This document shows positions 40,505 through 54,714 of a stretch of 64,000 nucleotides of DNA, one piece after another (the stretch's first letter is position 1; every line of letters begins with the position of its first letter). A model generated the notes under the pieces. That model was not told the DNA's origin and searched no databases. It saw only the letters and a list, made by a program, of their open reading frames with translations. Origin of the DNA: Selaginella moellendorffii (Eukaryota > Plantae > Lycopodiophyta). The position numbers and the translations under genes are program-made. The stretch covers positions 1,434,374 to 1,498,373 of the forward strand of contig NW_003314272.1 in NCBI RefSeq assembly GCF_000143415.4. Direction: 5' to 3'.

Positions 40505-43500
40505 TCAGCATCCCCCGGATTGCGAGCTGCTGTTGTCATCGAACACGAATTCGTAGGTGCTGGCGGTGCGATTCTTGCAAAATAGGGGCATTTGATCCGA
40601 GAGCTGGTCGCCGGCGGCGGCGGCAGGGGCGGCGGCTGGGACCTTGATGCTCGATGCCTCCTCCGGGATGTGCTTCACCTCTTGGAGGAATGCCACTACG
40701 TCCTTCATCGACGGTCGATCGGCCGGGAGCTGGCTCACGCACATCAGCGCCACGCCGAGGATCTGGAGCATCTCGTCGATGAAGAGGTCCGGCATTCCTC
40801 GCAGCCTCGGGTCCAGGACTTCCACGCTGGGATTGCTGCCACGGAGAGCTCCCTGGACCCATTTCACGATGTGGATGTCCTGAACGACAGCCTCTCTGCC
40901 GGTCAGTAGCTCCAGCAGCACTACTCCATAGCTGTAAACGTCGCTCTTCTCAGAGATCTTGAGCGTGTAGCTATACTCTGCAAGTACGTACGAAGACGAT
41001 CGATCAGCCAACTTTCTCGACCGAAAAGACGGAGGAAGAACAAAGTGGTACCTGGAGCAATGTAGCCATATGATCCGGCAACTTTGGACATGGGATCGGC
41101 CGCAGAGGTGGAAGAGCCGATGAGTTTTGCGAGGCCAAAGTCGGCGACGTAAGGCTCGTATCTGGAATCCAGCAAGATGTTGTTCGGCTTGATATCCCGG
41201 TGGAGGATCGCTGGCACGCAGTCGTGGTGGAGGTATGAAAGTCCTTGCGCTGCTCCTAGAGCGATCTTGTATCTGATCTCCCAGTTGTTTGCCGTCTTCT
41301 TTTCTTGCAGGAAGTCCGCGAGGCTACCGTTCGGCATGTAGTCATACATGAGCAGCTCGATCGTCTTGTTGGTGCAGTAGCCCAAGAGCCTGACGATGTT
41401 CCGGTGGCGGATCTTTCCCAGGGTGTTGATCTCCGCCGTGAACTCGCTCTGGTTGTGCTCGCTTCTGTCGTACCTGCGGAGTTTTTTCACGGCGACCACT
41501 TCACCGCTTGGCATCGCTGCTTTGTACACGACTCCGGACCGTCCCTGGCCGATTATGTTCGTGTCAACCAGGTTCTTGAGCACGTCGTCCATGGTGAAGT
41601 TGAGACGCTGGAAGAAGGTGATCTTCCATGGCCAGGGGATGTCGTGCTGGTGGTCTCGGAAGTTCTGATCGTCGTAAGGGTGGCACTTCTTGTACAGGAG
41701 GATGAGGCCCATGAAGAGGATGAAAGCAGCTCCTCCGAACAGCAGACCGATGATTGGCTTGATGGACGACTTCTTGGAGGATCCCATGGCATAAGTCAGC
41801 GTGCAGGAATTACCCGACGACGAGAACGAGCAGAGGCCGGGGTTTCCCATGTAGGAGTTGAGGCCCATTGTCTGGAAGACTTGAGTACCCGGCAAGGATC
41901 CCGAGAAGTGGTTGAACGAGACGTTGACGAAGTTGAGGCTGTTGAGCTTGCCGAGGACGTCGAGGTTTCCTGTCAGCTCGTTCGAAGAGATGTCCAGACG
42001 CTCCAGCTGAGAGAGACGTGCGAAAGCTGATGGAATGAGCCCCATGAATCTGTTCTTGTGGAGGTCGAGAGTGATGGTCAGGCTGGTTATCATTCCCAGG
42101 TCTGGTGGAAGGTTCCCGGACAACTGGTTACTGCTGAGGTCGAGGAGCAAGAGCTCTTTGCAACGTCCCATCTCCGGAGGTATGTCCCCTGAAAGCTGGT
42201 TCATGCTTAGATTGAGCTGACTTAAGAGGTTCATTTTGCCAATCTCCGCAGGAATAGGACCACTCAGGTTGTTGAACGAGGCATCCAGGATTTCCAGATT
42301 CGAAAGCGAGCCAAACTCGGCAGGGAACGGCCCAGACAGCTGGTTATCATGCACGTCGAGCATTTGCAGCGAGCTGAGGTTTGAGATTCCCGTGGGAAGT
42401 GGTCCCGAAAACATGTTGTCGTGCAAATCGAGGAAGTTGAGATTTCGGAGCTGGCCCAGACTGATAGGCAGGCTTCCCGACAGCATGTTGTTGTTCAAGC
42501 GCAGCCGCAGCAAGCTGATGCAGTTCCCGGCGTTGTTAGGGAGCGTACCTGAAAGATTGTTGAAAAGGAGGAGCATCCTCTGGAGCTTTGACAAGTTGAA
42601 GATCTCGGGAGGAATAGTTCCGGTGAGCTGGTTCATGGACAGGTCGAGCATCTCGAGCAGGCTACAACGTCCGAGTGATGCGGGGATGTTGCCGGTCAGC
42701 TTGTTCTGCCACAGGTGGAGGAGCTTGAGGTTGGAAAGCTGGCCGAGCTCCGGGGGTATGGGGCCTGTGAGCATGTTGGTGTCAAGCTCCAGAAACGTCA
42801 AGCTGGAACAGTTGCCGAGCTCCGGGGGGATGATGCCGGTGATGTTGTTCTGGCTCAAGTAAAACTGCTGGAGGTTCCTCAGCATTCCTATCTCGGGTGG
42901 GATGTCACCGGAGAGGTCGTTGCTCGAGAAGTCGATGACTTCGAGCAGCGGGCACTGGCTGAGCTCGCGAGGGACGCTACCTGTTATCGCGTTTTGCCAC
43001 ACGAGGAGGCTCCTGAGCTGCTTGAGACGTCCCAGTTCCGGTGGTATTGGACCCGTCAGCCTGTTCTCGTAGAGATAGATGGACTGGAGCTTGGTGCAGC
43101 CACCGAGTTCCGGAGGAATTCGACCCGAGATGCCAGCGCCGTAAAGGATCAAACTTTCGAGGTTCTTGAGCTCCCCGTACGAGCCTGGTATGCTTCCGGA
43201 CAGTGCCGTCACCGCCAGCCCAAGGACAGTCAAGTTCCTGCAATTGGAGAGCTCCGGGGGAAGCGGTCCCGACAATGCCATGTTGCCGCCTGCTCGAAAC
43301 GCTTGCAACTTCGCGAGCTGGCCGATCTCCGGAGGGATACTACCGTTGAGCTGGTTGTCGAAAAGCTGGAGCTCCTCCAAGGAAGTACAGTTGCCAATTT
43401 CCTTCGGGATGGAGCCTTGCAACTGATTGTCTTGGAGATTGAGCGAGCGCAACTCTTTCAAGCGACCGATGCTGCTCGGGACTCTTCCGGTGAGGCTGTT

Positions 43501-43905
43501 GACGCTGAGATCGAGCAGCTGGAGCTTGCTACAGCTCCCAAGTTCTTCGGGGATGCTCCCGGTGAGGTTGGTGGACGAGAGATTCAACACTTTCAGCTCG
43601 GACAGGAAACCAAACACTGTTGGAATTCTGCCATACAACGGGAGGCCTCCCAGCGACAACTCCACCACATGTCCGTTGGAGGAGCACGAGACACCTAGCC
43701 AAGAACAGGGGCTCGAGCTTGACGTGCTCCATGACTTGAGCAGTTCGGAGCCTTTGGCAGCAAGCAAAAACTCGCGGAGAGCCTCTTGTTCCGGGGGATC
43801 GGCAGCACAGCAACGGATCAAGACGGCTACAGTGACCACTATGAAGCAGAGCTTTCTAACCAGCATGTCCGACGACGACGACGACGACAACGACGGCTTC
43901 TTCAT
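40505..43905 (-). CDS. LRR receptor-like kinase, subfamily XI, RGI/RGFR-like; intron 40978-41051
   Basis: LRR ectodomain with RAGG and RLR motifs, transmembrane helix, and kinase HHDCVPAILHRDIK, DFG, GSYGYIAP|EY. Start may be 43905 or 43866. Confidence 0.95.
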
Positions 43906-46765
43906 GGTAGAAAGCTAGCAAAGGATAGATGACGGCGACTCAGCTGCTGCTGCTTCTTCCGCTGCTACCACTCCGTGATTGCCTGCGAGGATCAGCATGG
44001 TTGATATAATAAGCAGGGGGGCAGGCGACTCGGTTCCACTTCCTGGCTGTCTTCCAAAAGCGAACCGCAAATTGAGCAGAGTTTCACGAGCTCGGCCGCA
44101 GGAAGGAGAGACAGTGACAAGACAGACTACGAAACTGTTTCATTAAGCGCACCAGGCCATGTAGAGCGCTACATGAGGAATTCCGTGGGAGAGAGAATCC
44201 GAAAGGCGATGATGGAGCGCATTGTTGGAGCCAGGAAAGGGATGAAGGCTCTCCTCTCCTGTCCGGGGCCGAAGGTGGAGTGGAAGCAAGCGAGATGAGC
44301 AAAAGCAGCAATAGCATAAGCAGCAGAGGAGGACGAAAGGAAGAGATTGGAAAGAAAGCAGCTCGTAAAAGGTGGTTAAGAGGTAGATTGGCGAAGCGCG
44401 AGTGGGCGCAGGAATATGAAACAAGCTACGAGGAGCTAGAAAGCTTTTGCATAGCGGGGAATCCCGGGAAAGATCGGAATCGGGTCGGGTGGACTGATTT
44501 TTTTCCAAGCCGGTAAACTGGACAGCTCATAAGCGGCGCCGTTGGATTGTGTGACAACAGCAGCTTTGATGCGTGGGAATTCATGGCCGGGCCGTGGTGG
44601 TCAATAGTGAGGAGCACTGCAGTGACGAGACAGGGTAGGAATATTGGCACTAGTGACAGCTCTAGCTCTACAGAAGTTTTTTCTTATCTCTCAGCTTTCA
44701 AGGACCCTGGTGCTCCTGCGAGTGGGCCTTTCCCGTCGAGTATCAGCAGGGAAGAAAGGAGAAAAGCTGAGCTGCAAAGACGCTTGATCCGAGTTGTGTC
44801 GAGCAAAAGCCTGGGATACGAAGCTGCTCGCTCATTCTCCTTGGAGGGTGTGAGGCTGATACAGGGTCCACGACGTGAAAGCTTCTCTCTCACTTTCTGG
44901 TGGGCGTCTTTATAGGAGGATGGTGTAAGGAATGCAATTTGCAAAGCAGCAGCTGCCAAAATGCTAAGTGGGGGTACTGAGGATTCAGTCGTTCACTCAC
45001 CCAACGGATGCCGTTTGTCTTGAGGCGCTGACTGCGAGAAGAGGTATGTATCATATCTTTGCTTTACCAAAGCTTCTGCTTCTCACATTCTTTGGCTTAT
45101 TATTAACTCCGTGCGTTTTGTTTCCTGTTGGCTCCCCAGATAGTGGTAGCTCCTTGTCTGGAATGGAATTTCCGTCTCGATCACCGGGTATGCGGCTTTG
45201 GCTTGTCTTGTCAATTTGTAGCCGAGGAGGGACCGGGAGATCGCTTGTTGCTGATTCTGAGATAAGTTCACCGCTTTAGTTTTTTCCCTCGTGCCATTAT
45301 TTATAATGGTCACCTCTTAGCGTGTAGAGAGCATGGTGAAGAACAAGACGGGGCGAAGACCACTTTGGATCCATTTGACAAAGGCTCGCAGTTATTAAAT
45401 GACTAAGAGCTGGGAACAGCTTGACCCTTCGAAAACCACCCACTTTTAAAGGTAAAATGAAAGAGAACAGGAAATTGGAGGTGGGAGCGTATCGTATCCA
45501 GAGAAAAAAGAGGCTTGCACATCGACACGACGGCTGGGGACGACAATATTATTAAACAGGACGAAAGAAACAGGGGCAGTAGCAGTGGCACAGGGCAGCA
45601 GTGTTGTTGGGCCTCCTCCTCCTCTCTGCAAAGCGAGAGGGGCCCTTTCTTCTCGGCTGAAACGCAGGACAAGAGAGGGAGAAAGAAAAACAAAGGAAAG
45701 CAAGGGTCGGGAGGGAAGCAAACAAAATCGAAGCCGGAATAAAGGGAAATATGCTACGGTGAATAGTTTTTGGGGACACAGGGGCGGAGATAAGAAAGAG
45801 AAGAGAAAAATGGAAGGAAAGTAAGGCACAGGGGCCATGCAGGACTGCCGACTGAGAGGAAAAGCCTTGGGAAGGGAGAGCGCGAGAGAAGTAAGAAGGG
45901 ATGTGGGGCGCCTCTCCTTGTGCCAGGTATGGGATTTTATACCTTTTGTTTCTTTGCATTCATTCGTTCGCTCGCTCAATCTTATTGCAAGGGGCTGGCT
46001 TCTTTCTTGTCATATTTTTTGCTTCTGGTACCAAGTAGTGCTTCCATGCTGTCACATTCATGTGGGTGAGAGAACCATGGACAGGCTTTGCATCAGAGAG
46101 AGTAACATGCATGATTTTGATGTTCTTGTCATTCACTGCTAAAGATTGCAAGCTTTTTTTCTTCTCCTTGGCTACAACAACAGGACGCGCATCGTATCCT
46201 ATCAATCACTTTGAATCTGGAAAGGCAGGAAATCTCCTCCTTCCAAGTTATGTAGGTATTCTATTGTTCTCCCCTTTTTTTCTCTTTTCTCTTTTTTTTT
46301 CTCTCTTCTCTTTGTTTTCTAAATGGTCCCTTTCTTTGCTTTGATGTTTCATCTGTTTCAGACAACACCACCGCCATCACTTGGGCAATCTTCGATCGCC
46401 CTCTGTCGGCACAAAAGTTCTAAAGCTCCATTTTCTATGGTCTACTTACGTCAAGAACAAGAATCAACCACTAGATAGTCCCATGATATCTTGTTTATAT
46501 GATCATTCAAATATTTGTTTTATATGCAAGTTGAGCCAGAAAAGAGAGCCATCGATATAGCAAATATTTGATTGCAAACAATATGGTAGATGATACAATA
46601 CAAAGCTTCTCAAAGTCTTCTTGTTAAAACTTGTATACTTACATGATCGAAAAGCCCACTACACTGACCAAAAAAAAATCACCACCGAATTAGTAGCTTT
46701 TCCTCTCCTTTTCTCGTTTTTTTTTCTTCTCTTTTTCCGTGTGTTCTTCCGAAACTTTGCCTGCT

Positions 46766-49700
46766 CTACGAGGACTCCATCTTCTCCTTGCCAGTCCGCT
46801 CGTCTTTGATCTCTTCCAGCTCGTCCTCGTCCGCCTTTTTGCCCGCCTGCTCCTTCCAGTATCCCAGCATCTTCTTGAGCCTCACGATCTCCTTCGTGTT
46901 CGTGTTCTTGGTCGGGTCATTGATAATTGACCGCACGCGCGTTGCGTAGCTGCGACAAGAGCAAAGAACAAATCCATCAATCCACACACTGGATCGCGCT
47001 TGCTTACCATAGCGAGTTGTGAGTCTCCTCCAGATTGGACTCCGCCGGGGACACGTTGACAAACATGAGCGTCTTGGCGTTGCCACCCAGCGAGTCGCTC
47101 ATGAGCATCGTCAGCTTGTGGTTCCGGTACGGTATGTGCTGCTCTTCCGTGGCCAGTGCGCTGATCACGTCGCCTAGCGCCGAGAGGGACTTGTTTATGC
47201 TCTGGGCCTCCTTCAATTGCTCTCCGGTTGATCCAGACTTTTTTATTCTCTCCGATCCAGCCAAATCCACGAAGCTCAGCTGCAAAAACCACGCCGTAAG
47301 CCCACTTATAAAACTACTGCCGTAAGGAGAACTCCGTACCTTTCCTTTGACCACGTTCTGCGTTTGCATGTTCGTGCTTTCAATTATTATTGACAGGACC
47401 AAGTGCGATCTGGAGCTCTCGGCATTCATCTGGGTTCCAGAAGTATGTCGTTTCTCCAGCCCCTTTTGAATAAGGTTGTCAAGCTCTTCTCTTGTCGACA
47501 CGGGTATTAGCGTAACGTTCTCGACAACGACCATACCCTGTAAACAAATAAAGAAAGCTTGGACTTCAGAAAACTGCCGACAAAAATTACCTTAGAATCC
47601 TTCTTGATTTCAAGTTTTTGCCGCTTGGCATTCCGAAGCAAAAGAAGATCGAAAAGATTGTCCTGGTAGAGCTCAAGCATGTATACCTGTTAAGGGAACC
47701 ATCATTAGAGAAACAAGACAAATGCATATGATTTACACACCTTCAGAGATACTGTGAACTTGTTTCTGTCCCGCTTTATGATGCTGAATAATTCCCGCGT
47801 GGCTCTCGGCGTGAGCCCAGGATTATTTTCCGGACCATATATTGTAAATGTTTTGCCGGACCCAGTTTGACCATAAGCGAAAATGCACACGTTGTATCCG
47901 TCGACTGCCGATTGCACCAAATACTGGATGACAGAACATGTTAGTAACAAAATAACGTCAAATAGACATCATTACCTTGGTGTCTTCGAAGATAGCATCT
48001 TGAGATGCATGCTCGTCAAAAACATGATCAAACTGAAACTGCTTTGTCTTGTCATCCTTCCATATGTGTTCGACAGTGAATTCATCTGCAGATATGATCA
48101 CTGCTTTCTGGTTCTCGTTCAGCTCTTTCTCAACAAGTGGGCGCGATCTACAGTATACTCGAATTTTTCCTTTCATATCTGCAATGGAATACGTTCATTC
48201 GTATGGAACACTGAAGGAAAAGGAACAGAAGAAAATGTACCTTCCATCATATTGAAGTATCGCTTTCTCAATATCTGTTCTTCTTTGTAATGGGATTCTA
48301 GTTCAGCGAGCTGATCAGCTTGTCTTCTTAATAGTTCAGCTGTCTGGGCATTCTTTCTATCGATATCCTGATTAGGAAACACACGAAGAATGTCAGAAAA
48401 TGCATAGTCGCAAAATAACGTACCTCTTTAATTTCCCTCAACTCTTCGAGCTCTTTCATGCTACATTGCATAGCTTCCAGCTCAGAAGTCCGCAAGCTGA
48501 GCGCTGCTTCTGCAACACTTATCTCCTGAGTCCTTTCATTCAGCTTTTTCTCCAACTCCGATATCCGCACTCTGAGCATGCTCCGCTCTTCTTCGAACTT
48601 TTTCTCGAGGACCTTAGTCTGGCAAGACATCAATCAGATACTCGTCAAAGTGCAAAATTCTCCAAGCACCTACTTCTTCGCCTTTCAGTTTTTCGACACG
48701 GGAAACTTTTTGTTCAAGTAACTGCTTCTCATTCATCAGCTTTTTGTTCCTCTCTTCCGCCAGCCTGGCCTCCTCGCTTTTCGACTTCAGTTCATTTCTC
48801 AAGTCCTTGACCTGAAATTATTGTATGAAGCGAAGGCAGAGAAAAGAAACCTTGCAGTTCACCTGTGCTTCCAGTGCACTAGATGCTTTCTCGGCAAATG
48901 GCAGGTCCCTGTCCCTTCTTCCAATAGAACCTCTTAGAATGCCTTTCTTTGTCGGAGCTGCCTCCTCGCGACCATGCTCATCATCCGCAGATTTTTCCGC
49001 AAGAGCGGCCTGAAAATTTATGTTGTTAGATAGTCAAAATACATCAGTCGTACCTGTAGTGCGGTTTCCTTCTCCTCAACAGCCTTCCGCAGCTTTTCTC
49101 TCTCTTGTGTTATATCAGTAACTGTTTGTTGTTCAGCTCGGAGTCTGTCCTTGAAGCCCTCCAATTCTTCTAGCAATGATGTTTGCCTCTTGTCTTTCTC
49201 CCTTAACTCTCCAGCAAGCTGCGCATATTAATACAATGATTTAGTTCTCAAGTCCACCAAAAAATCGACTTGCCTGGTCTGCTTTCTTCTGGGATTCATC
49301 CAAAAGCCTTGACATATCCTGCACATGTTTCTCATAAACCTCGATTCCGGGAGGCTTAAAGTTTGGCACGGCAGATTCCCCGTTGCTTTGTATGGCTCCG
49401 TTAGCAACAGAACGCGTTCTTGAATATCTCCGCAGCATCACATCGTTTATGTGTGTCTGGAGAGCCACGCATATTTCTTCGCCCTGCGACAGAAATTTAG
49501 AGAAGAACTACACGGAAAGCCACAAAGACACCTGTTTAGTTTCAAACTGAAAAATGTGCAAAACTCCCGCCACACGCATTTTAAAAAACACTGCGGTATT
49601 GCTACTTCCAAATTGCATGATGTCTCTCAGCTCAGCCGAATGTAAATATTCTTTAGGTACTGGCCGGAAAAAATGAACCTGTTAAGAAACACATGTCAAA

Positions 49701-52019
49701 ACAGCGAACATGAATATACTTGCACGTACCCCTCTTTTGTTTATCCCTAAGATAATTCTTCCGGGAAGAAGACCAATCGGATCTTCTATCTTCCGGACGT
49801 TGAAAAATATGGATTGGCCATATGGCAAGGATCGTAAAATACGTAGCAATTGTTGTCTTGCATCATCTTTCGATAAATGACCCTTCAGATAAGAACAAAA
49901 ATGTAAGAATCTTAACCTAGAAAGCAAACACTCACCATCGCTTTGTACCGCGCAAAAATGTCAGAATCCCAATCATGTCTCGCCCTTGTGATGGCAACTT
50001 GTTTTGGCAGATAGCGATCGACTAGGGCTGACCAGTCCCTGAAAGAAAAATGTTAAATCCCGGACGTTATTCTGAGGTTCTAACACACATTATAGGTTCA
50101 GCTTCGTTCGCAGGGCCAATATCAGCAATCACTTCTAGAGCAGCCAACTGCGCTGCATCATCTCTACCGACAGGATAGTTTCCAAGGAGATAATCATGTT
50201 GTGACTGATAAAGGAAGAGTTGAGACAGAAAAAGTAAAACAAAAAACCACCGTACCTGAACATACGACAGCTGTACAAACATTGGGTCAGTAATAGCCTC
50301 GTCCGATTCCCGAAACAAGCGTTTCTTAAAGAGAAGCTTGCATTGAAGTAGTTCTCCTTTGTTGCGTTCCTTGATTGCTTTGAACTCCGCAACAATATCT
50401 CCAATATATTTATTTTCATCAAGCCCAAGATGCTCATCTGCAATCGCCAATAAGAAAGGTAAACAAAGACCAACCTAGAGAGATCGTACCATTCCCACTG
50501 TCAACAGCTTTCGTTCCTACTAGAACACGCCTGCATTCAAATAGACTGAATGAGCTGTACGCAGATAACTTGATAATTCCCGCCAATTCCTGCAACAGGA
50601 GCTTTGAGTAATGGAACATTCTACATAAAAATTACCTCGACAGCATCCATGACGGTTGTGGACATGTCATACGTAATCCCTTCAAACGTTTCGTCTAGGA
50701 AAAACGCAATTGTCTTCAGCTTCCGTCCACCTAGGAGAGCTTCAACCTCTTCCTGTGCAGGAATTGTCCGTCGTGGCCCTGCTTTGGCTGTTCTTTTTAA
50801 TGCATTCCAAGTCTTCAAAGCCAATGCCTGAATTTCTGCATCACTGTTTTGAGAGCTGGCCACATCATGCACGTACTCTGATAAGTATGCTGCAAAGTCT
50901 TTCCCAGGCGGCATTGCAGAGGCGCACAAATATAACAGCTCCCAAGCCTTTAGTAGCAAAGGTCTACAGGACGAATCGACTTTGTAAGGTGGCAACATGT
51001 ATAAAAGACACAAACCTGTCAGGATTGTTGCGCGTTTGCTTCGAAATCTGGGCAAACACCTCATCCCTCAGTTCAACGCGTTTCAAGGTATGCTTATAGA
51101 TCTTCAAAACAATCGCCAATTGGTCTTGAGAATTTAACGGACTCGGCGTTTGGGCATCGATGCCCATGTACTTGAGAATAGCTTGAAACAGCTTGACAGC
51201 ACGGCTAACAAGATCTGCGTTTATTCTGAGAAGAGATGTCGGTATTGGTTCCTGGAAACCCATTAAATCAGCTAATGGAACAAAATCATAGATGATTTGT
51301 GAACCTTTTGAAAACAAAGCATGTCTTCCACGGAATAGCTTTCCCGGCCTTGAGGGACCACCGATTTTTTGGTGAAAAATCCACGTTTGCCACCCGATTG
51401 TAGCTGCTTTCGCATCAGCTTGATAAATGCATCTACCTGAAAAAGAACAAAAAATTAAAATATATAAAGGAAAAAAGATGGATTGAGGTACGATTCATCG
51501 TGAGCATCAAATACCTGGAACTTGTCAAGTATGGGAATGGCTCCGACCAAATCAGGAACTAAGGTGCTTGAAATCGTTCTGGGAGTCCTGCACGGTTCAA
51601 AGCGAGAATATAAGGAAATACGAACTAAATCCCACAACTCTATGCAATATTAGTTCTTAGTGTGTATAACTAACGGGGCCTTCCTGTTTTACCTCGTATC
51701 TCCTTCCACACTAGCGTCATCGACACCAGCATCGTCCAAAACTTCGCTGCTACTAATCAGTGTTATATCAAGTCGAAAACCAGTCATCTACCGACTTGAT
51801 GAACAAGAACTAAATGCAAGGCGAGTGTTGTAAGATAGCTTACGCAGGAAGGTCGCTGCCGTCGCTGTCGTAATCATGTCCATTAGCTGCTCCAGTCGCT
51901 CTGGGATGGACAGGAGTGCTATTGCTGGAGCTCAGGCCAGTCATGGATGATCTTGGATGAACCGGAGTATTGGCACTGAACGACGATGGCCTTCTAGTCT
52001 TGACATCGGTTGCCTCCAT
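46766..52019 (-). CDS. KCBP: Kinesin-like calmodulin-binding protein (MyTH4-FERM-coiled coil-C-terminal motor), ~20 exons
   Basis: MyTH4 ([14 protein letters not shown]), FERM, motor motifs [21 protein letters not shown] and HIPYRN, and CaM-binding [18 protein letters not shown]. Confidence 0.96.
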
Positions 52020-54592
52020 CGTGAACGCGAGCAAGCTGCTAAACCATGCGACGAGCCATAGCTCTCAGTCCTATGAACGCAGCAGCTGTATTTATCAAGT
52101 TGTCGCAACAACAAGCAAGACAGGGACGCTTATCATAAGGAAATCATCACTCATGCAAACCATGTGACGCGATTCAATCAAAAGTGCCAAGAAATTCAGG
52201 GAATCCAGCTCAAGAAGGCGGTGTTCTCTGGCAGCATGAACAAACCATCTTTAAAGAAACCAAAGAAAAAAATGCCACATGCGCAATTGCTAGAATATCG
52301 CCAGGCATTCTCAAATCCAAACCAGATCCTCCCCCAGAAAAAAAAGGGAAAGCAGAGAAAAGAAAGAAAAAACACCAAACACAAGGAAAGAATCTCCAGG
52401 CATGAATCAGCAAAGAAAACGATGAGCTCAATCACGATCACGGGGGGAAAACGATGGAAATCTCTCAATCTGATCCAAGAAGCGTACCTGGATGGAAGAC
52501 GGAACAATGCTGCTCACTACCCCGGATTGCGCGCGCCTGCATTCCCCGAAACCCTAGCACCGGAAATTCACCGGAGCCGCATCGCGATGGATGCCGTTGC
52601 AACTGTGCGCCCTGGAATCAATCCCGCGCCCGCTCGATGGCGCGCGCAAAATGCCGCGATCCCGGGCGCTGCTCGCCTTTCTCCGCCGCGCTGAGACGGC
52701 CCCCTTGCGTGCGCGCCGCTGCCGCGCCTCATGCAAACCCTAGAAACTGGATCATCAATCGATCCCGTGCCTTGCAAGCTTCCCTTTCCGCCATAGCCTC
52801 TCTCCCTTCACCCGTTTAAAACAGGAAATTTTTTGGCTCGCTGGAAACAAGAAAGAAATTCGCTCCCATTTCCTCTTTTTTTCTTACTTATAGTAAGTCG
52901 CGCTGCGACTGTCGCGGCGACCACTGGTTCCCCTCAAACCCCTGCTTCGAAGTGTGACAAAAGCGCAACAGCGACACGGTGAAAATTAGCTGGGTGAAAA
53001 CAAAAGGGGCAAATTTTCTTCTTTTTTTTCCCTCTTTTTCTTTTCCTGAGGCCGGCCGGCAGGGAAGATGAAACCAACAAACAACTAAACAACAAAATCA
53101 ACGGCTACCGACAGCCCACATTTTTCCATTTACTAAATAAAGGTTGATAATCTTTTGATATTTCCAATCCATGGAGAGCCCAGGAATAACAACGTTGTGT
53201 GCACGTATGTGGCGTGGATTATTAATTCCATCGCTTGCATTCTCATTCTCGTTGTGGCCCCATTGATTCTTCTATTCATTCGCTCGAGCAACACTCACAC
53301 AGCTCCTTAAAAAACTGTTGTCAAGGAGACAACACACGGCATTTGGTTAGGTCGCTTCGCTTGCGGAGAAAGAAAGATTCGCCCAGATTCCGGGAGAGAT
53401 TCCCCACCAAACCAAAACCGCCAGTGATTGGAATTGGGACAGTCCACCAAAGCTGTGTTTTTACGTTTGTACCATCTTCCACCACCTTGGCTGCCCTAAA
53501 ACTGGCATTCAAGAGGATCATGGGGTGCATGGGTTGGGTGAGCATTAAGAGTTTGGCCTTTATATGCCGAGAGACCCTCTCGCTTGCTCGCTCGCCCTTT
53601 TCTCTGTGGAGCTCTGCCACCGCACCACACCACGCCAGTGCTGGAATACCGAAGACATTTTGATGGCAACACCCATCTAACTTACACAAAAGAGAACAAT
53701 CACTTTTAAACTTTAAAGACAAGGACCTCTAAAATTTCAAGCATATTCGGCTTGGGTATTCATTTGACAAGAATTGTAAACAAAGAAACCCAGGTATATC
53801 CTAAGGGATCTGATTGGAATCCTGCACACTGATTGCCACTAGCACTCTCCATAGCTCTCTTCTATTTTTTGTCCCAGATTTCAAGAGCACAGCACCTTAA
53901 ACACTTGGTAGTAAAAACAGAATTTATATTAATTTTGATTAACTTTATATTTATTTTTTAAAGCAGGAGGTGATAGCTGAAGTTTTTTTAATACATGTTA
54001 AAGAAAGTTGAAAATACGGAATATACAAATGTATCTATATGTATTTTCTTTCTTAAGAAAAAAATATAAAAGTAGATAACTTATGTTCTATATATTTATA
54101 TGAGACATTTTACTTTGAATTATAAACATATAAGTGGAACAATTCCACCCAACTTATACATAATTTTTTCATCTAGAAGGAGTTCTGAAAACTGCTACTA
54201 TAAATTATTCACATTATAAAAGTTGTTAGATATCTTTAAATGTTAAATGTATTAAATTATGTGAGGTCCAAATATATAGCTACAATGCTATATACTAATA
54301 TTAGTGTAGTGGGATTTTCATAACCATCAAATTGATTTTAATCTAGACCACTCACACCTATATATAAATTAGGGTTTTTTGGCTAATGGATATACATATT
54401 TTTGTATTTCATTTTTATATTCCATGCACTCATATCGGTGAAGGTGAGAGGCAATTTTGATTATCCTTGAGGAGTGTTTGGATTTGAGATTCTACTTTAA
54501 ATTTAGCTTTTACATTGTCTAAATCTCTTTCTTCTTACAGATTTTTCAATTTCTTCTCTTTTACTTTTTTTCTTTTCATTCATTTTCATGGT

Positions 54593-54714
54593 TGTAGCGC
54601 ACGTGGTTTTGACCCTTTATCCTATGGTGATTTACCATAGGATAACACCACTAAGCAGAACCTAAGCCCTTCATGTGCCATGTGATAGATGCCACATGTC
54701 ACATGCCACATGTC
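54593..54714. mobile_element. Probable end of an older LTR that hosts the TRIM (continues after 55368)
   Basis: Begins tgtagcgcacgtg, nearly the same terminus as the TRIM LTR (tgtagcgcatgtg), at a sharp AT-to-GC transition. The other end was not located. Confidence 0.5.

Noticed and set aside
43915-43998. 27-codon uORF upstream of the RLK
   Set aside because: A TATA-like element lies only ~10 bp upstream of its ATG, so it is probably outside the transcript.
44084-46344. Short ORFs or a miRNA precursor upstream of the RLK
   Set aside because: Low-complexity translations; no convincing hairpin or known miRNA seen.
53235-53722. 142 and 133 aa overlapping ORFs
   Set aside because: Non-ATG starts and no motifs; likely regulatory or intergenic sequence.
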